A DNA stretch of 63,976 bases, filler included, from Octopus bimaculoides (taxonomy: Eukaryota): the NCBI RefSeq assembly GCF_001194135.2. It is 5 parts of 5 records of this genome, joined end to end, with 100 filler letters (N's around TTAATTAATTAA, not from the genome) between each part and the next. Parts side by side here need not be neighbours in the genome. Positions count along the whole stretch, not along the records: positions 62,553 to 63,976 come from NW_026372399.1; 4 more parts are not named here. One strand, written 5' to 3'. Below, piece by piece: positions 62,950 to 63,976 of this stretch (within the stretch, counting starts at the first letter, position 1; the number at the start of each line of letters is the position of its first letter). A program made the position numbers and the translations under genes. The notes below the pieces were generated by a model. That model was not told where the DNA came from. It did not search any database and worked only from the letters and a program-made list of their open reading frames with translations.

Positions 62950-63780
62950 GTGACAACCTGTCATTCTCCAGTGGTTCCATGCTTGGGATGAAGGTAGATG
63001 AACTGTGAATCGGGACTTAACTCCGGAGCAATATTTGGATGAAAATACGGGACTAACTGACGCACACCTATCCCCTTGTGAGAATCAAGATCATAGCCCC
63101 AAGCACACAGGGAAGGGAATATGCCCACATTATGGGTAGTAAGAGTTCTGCAACCCTGGTGGACTCTTTCGTCAAACCAACAGAAGTGTGAGGAAAGGAA
63201 GGCTGTAACCGTTAGACTTTAATGGCAAGCAGTGTATGAGAAGGAACACTCTGAGTTGAAAACCAAGGGTGTAAGGGTCCTGCCACCTTGGCGGACTACT
63301 AAGCAAAATGAACAGGGCTGGAAGCAATTGTGAAGGTGCCGCACCTGGCTAGTGCTCCACTGTGCAGCAAGGTGGGCCCGGTCGTAATCCAGCAACTGCT
63401 AGCTATACTACAAGACATAGGTGGAGTAAACAAATAAACACGATGGTTATGGAGTGTTACTTCTGGAGCACCCCAGTGGGCAGGAATGGCGTTTAGTAAA
63501 AAAAACAAATGCTCAATGAATGGAAGGCAAAGGAACTGTTCAAAATTACTGAACAGAAATTATGTGATCAAGCAAGAGCAATACAAATGAATGGATGGTT
63601 AACAGAATGGGAGCTAGAAGCTATCAAAAGAAGGATGTCGAGTGAGGTTGGGCATGCGAGAAACGAAAGTGATATAGTGGAAGAAATGGAAAGTTGTCCG
63701 CACGCATATAATACCGTGAATTGTGAAAGAATTGAGATCAGTGACTACCTAAATAATGAAGACTGATTAATAATATGTGA
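62950..63780 (+). mobile_element. 5' region of an R4/Dong-type LINE (UTR + N-terminal domain)
   Basis: RHRWSKQINTMVMECYF...MLNEWKAKELFKITEQKLCDQARAIQMNGWLTEWELEAIKR, an N-terminal domain typical of RLE-type LINEs; stops present. Confidence 0.7.
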
Positions 63781-63976
63781 GATTTGGATGTGAGGCTGTC
63801 ATCTCTTATGTCCCAGCCGTAAGGCTTCACTTCCACACACGCCAGCTTAATTTAATTCGTCCTTAGTCGAAAGACACCCGTTGTTAATGTCCTTTATTTG
63901 TATTTGTAATTGTATACCGTTTCTTATTTTTTCCGTCCTTGTATTCGTATACATTCGCTGCTTTCTTCCAAGGAAT

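Noticed and set aside
62940-63120. Possible HDV-like ribozyme at the LINE 5' end
   Set aside because: Such ribozymes are known at the 5' ends of RLE and RTE LINEs, but I could not trace a convincing nested double pseudoknot by eye; needs a descriptor or covariance search
63815-63880. Two short GNRA-capped hairpins (AGCC-GTAA-GGCT and GTC-GAAA-GAC)
   Set aside because: Stems of only 3-4 bp with no wider fold evident; the element runs off the window edge

Overview
Repeat-saturated eukaryotic (animal) genomic DNA with about 4.3 kb of N gaps and no recognisable host protein-coding gene, so it is probably intergenic or the inside of a very large intron. The repeat landscape (dense (CA)n/(TA)n/(AAT)n/(CAT)n microsatellites, several tRNA-derived SINE families with Deu/Nin-like and CORE-like domains, many R4/Dong-type LINE relics) most resembles an octopus-type cephalopod assembly; this is an inference, not a database result. 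Almost all ORFs in the supplied track are microsatellite or N-gap artefacts. The protein-like ones are decayed transposon genes: mariner (one full-length 1286-bp copy with TIRs and TA duplication), maT, Tc1-like, hAT, Helitron helicase, Penelope RT/GIY-YIG, Gypsy gag/protease/integrase, and L1-Tx1 and R4/Dong LINEs. The most striking structures are: (1) two independently inserted copies of a Merlin-like non-autonomous element (GGATC termini, 8-bp TSDs) whose centre is a back-to-back telomeric palindrome (CCCTAA)n(TTAGGG)n; (2) an 82-bp spacer-less palindrome inserted in a LINE; (3) three minimal hammerhead-ribozyme-like motifs of Penelope type; (4) a ~500-bp tandem repeat with a conserved hairpin block; (5) an RT-less Gypsy element that keeps both LTRs, a PBS-like site and a PPT; and (6) a head-to-tail SINE array punctuated by a repeated 14-mer.
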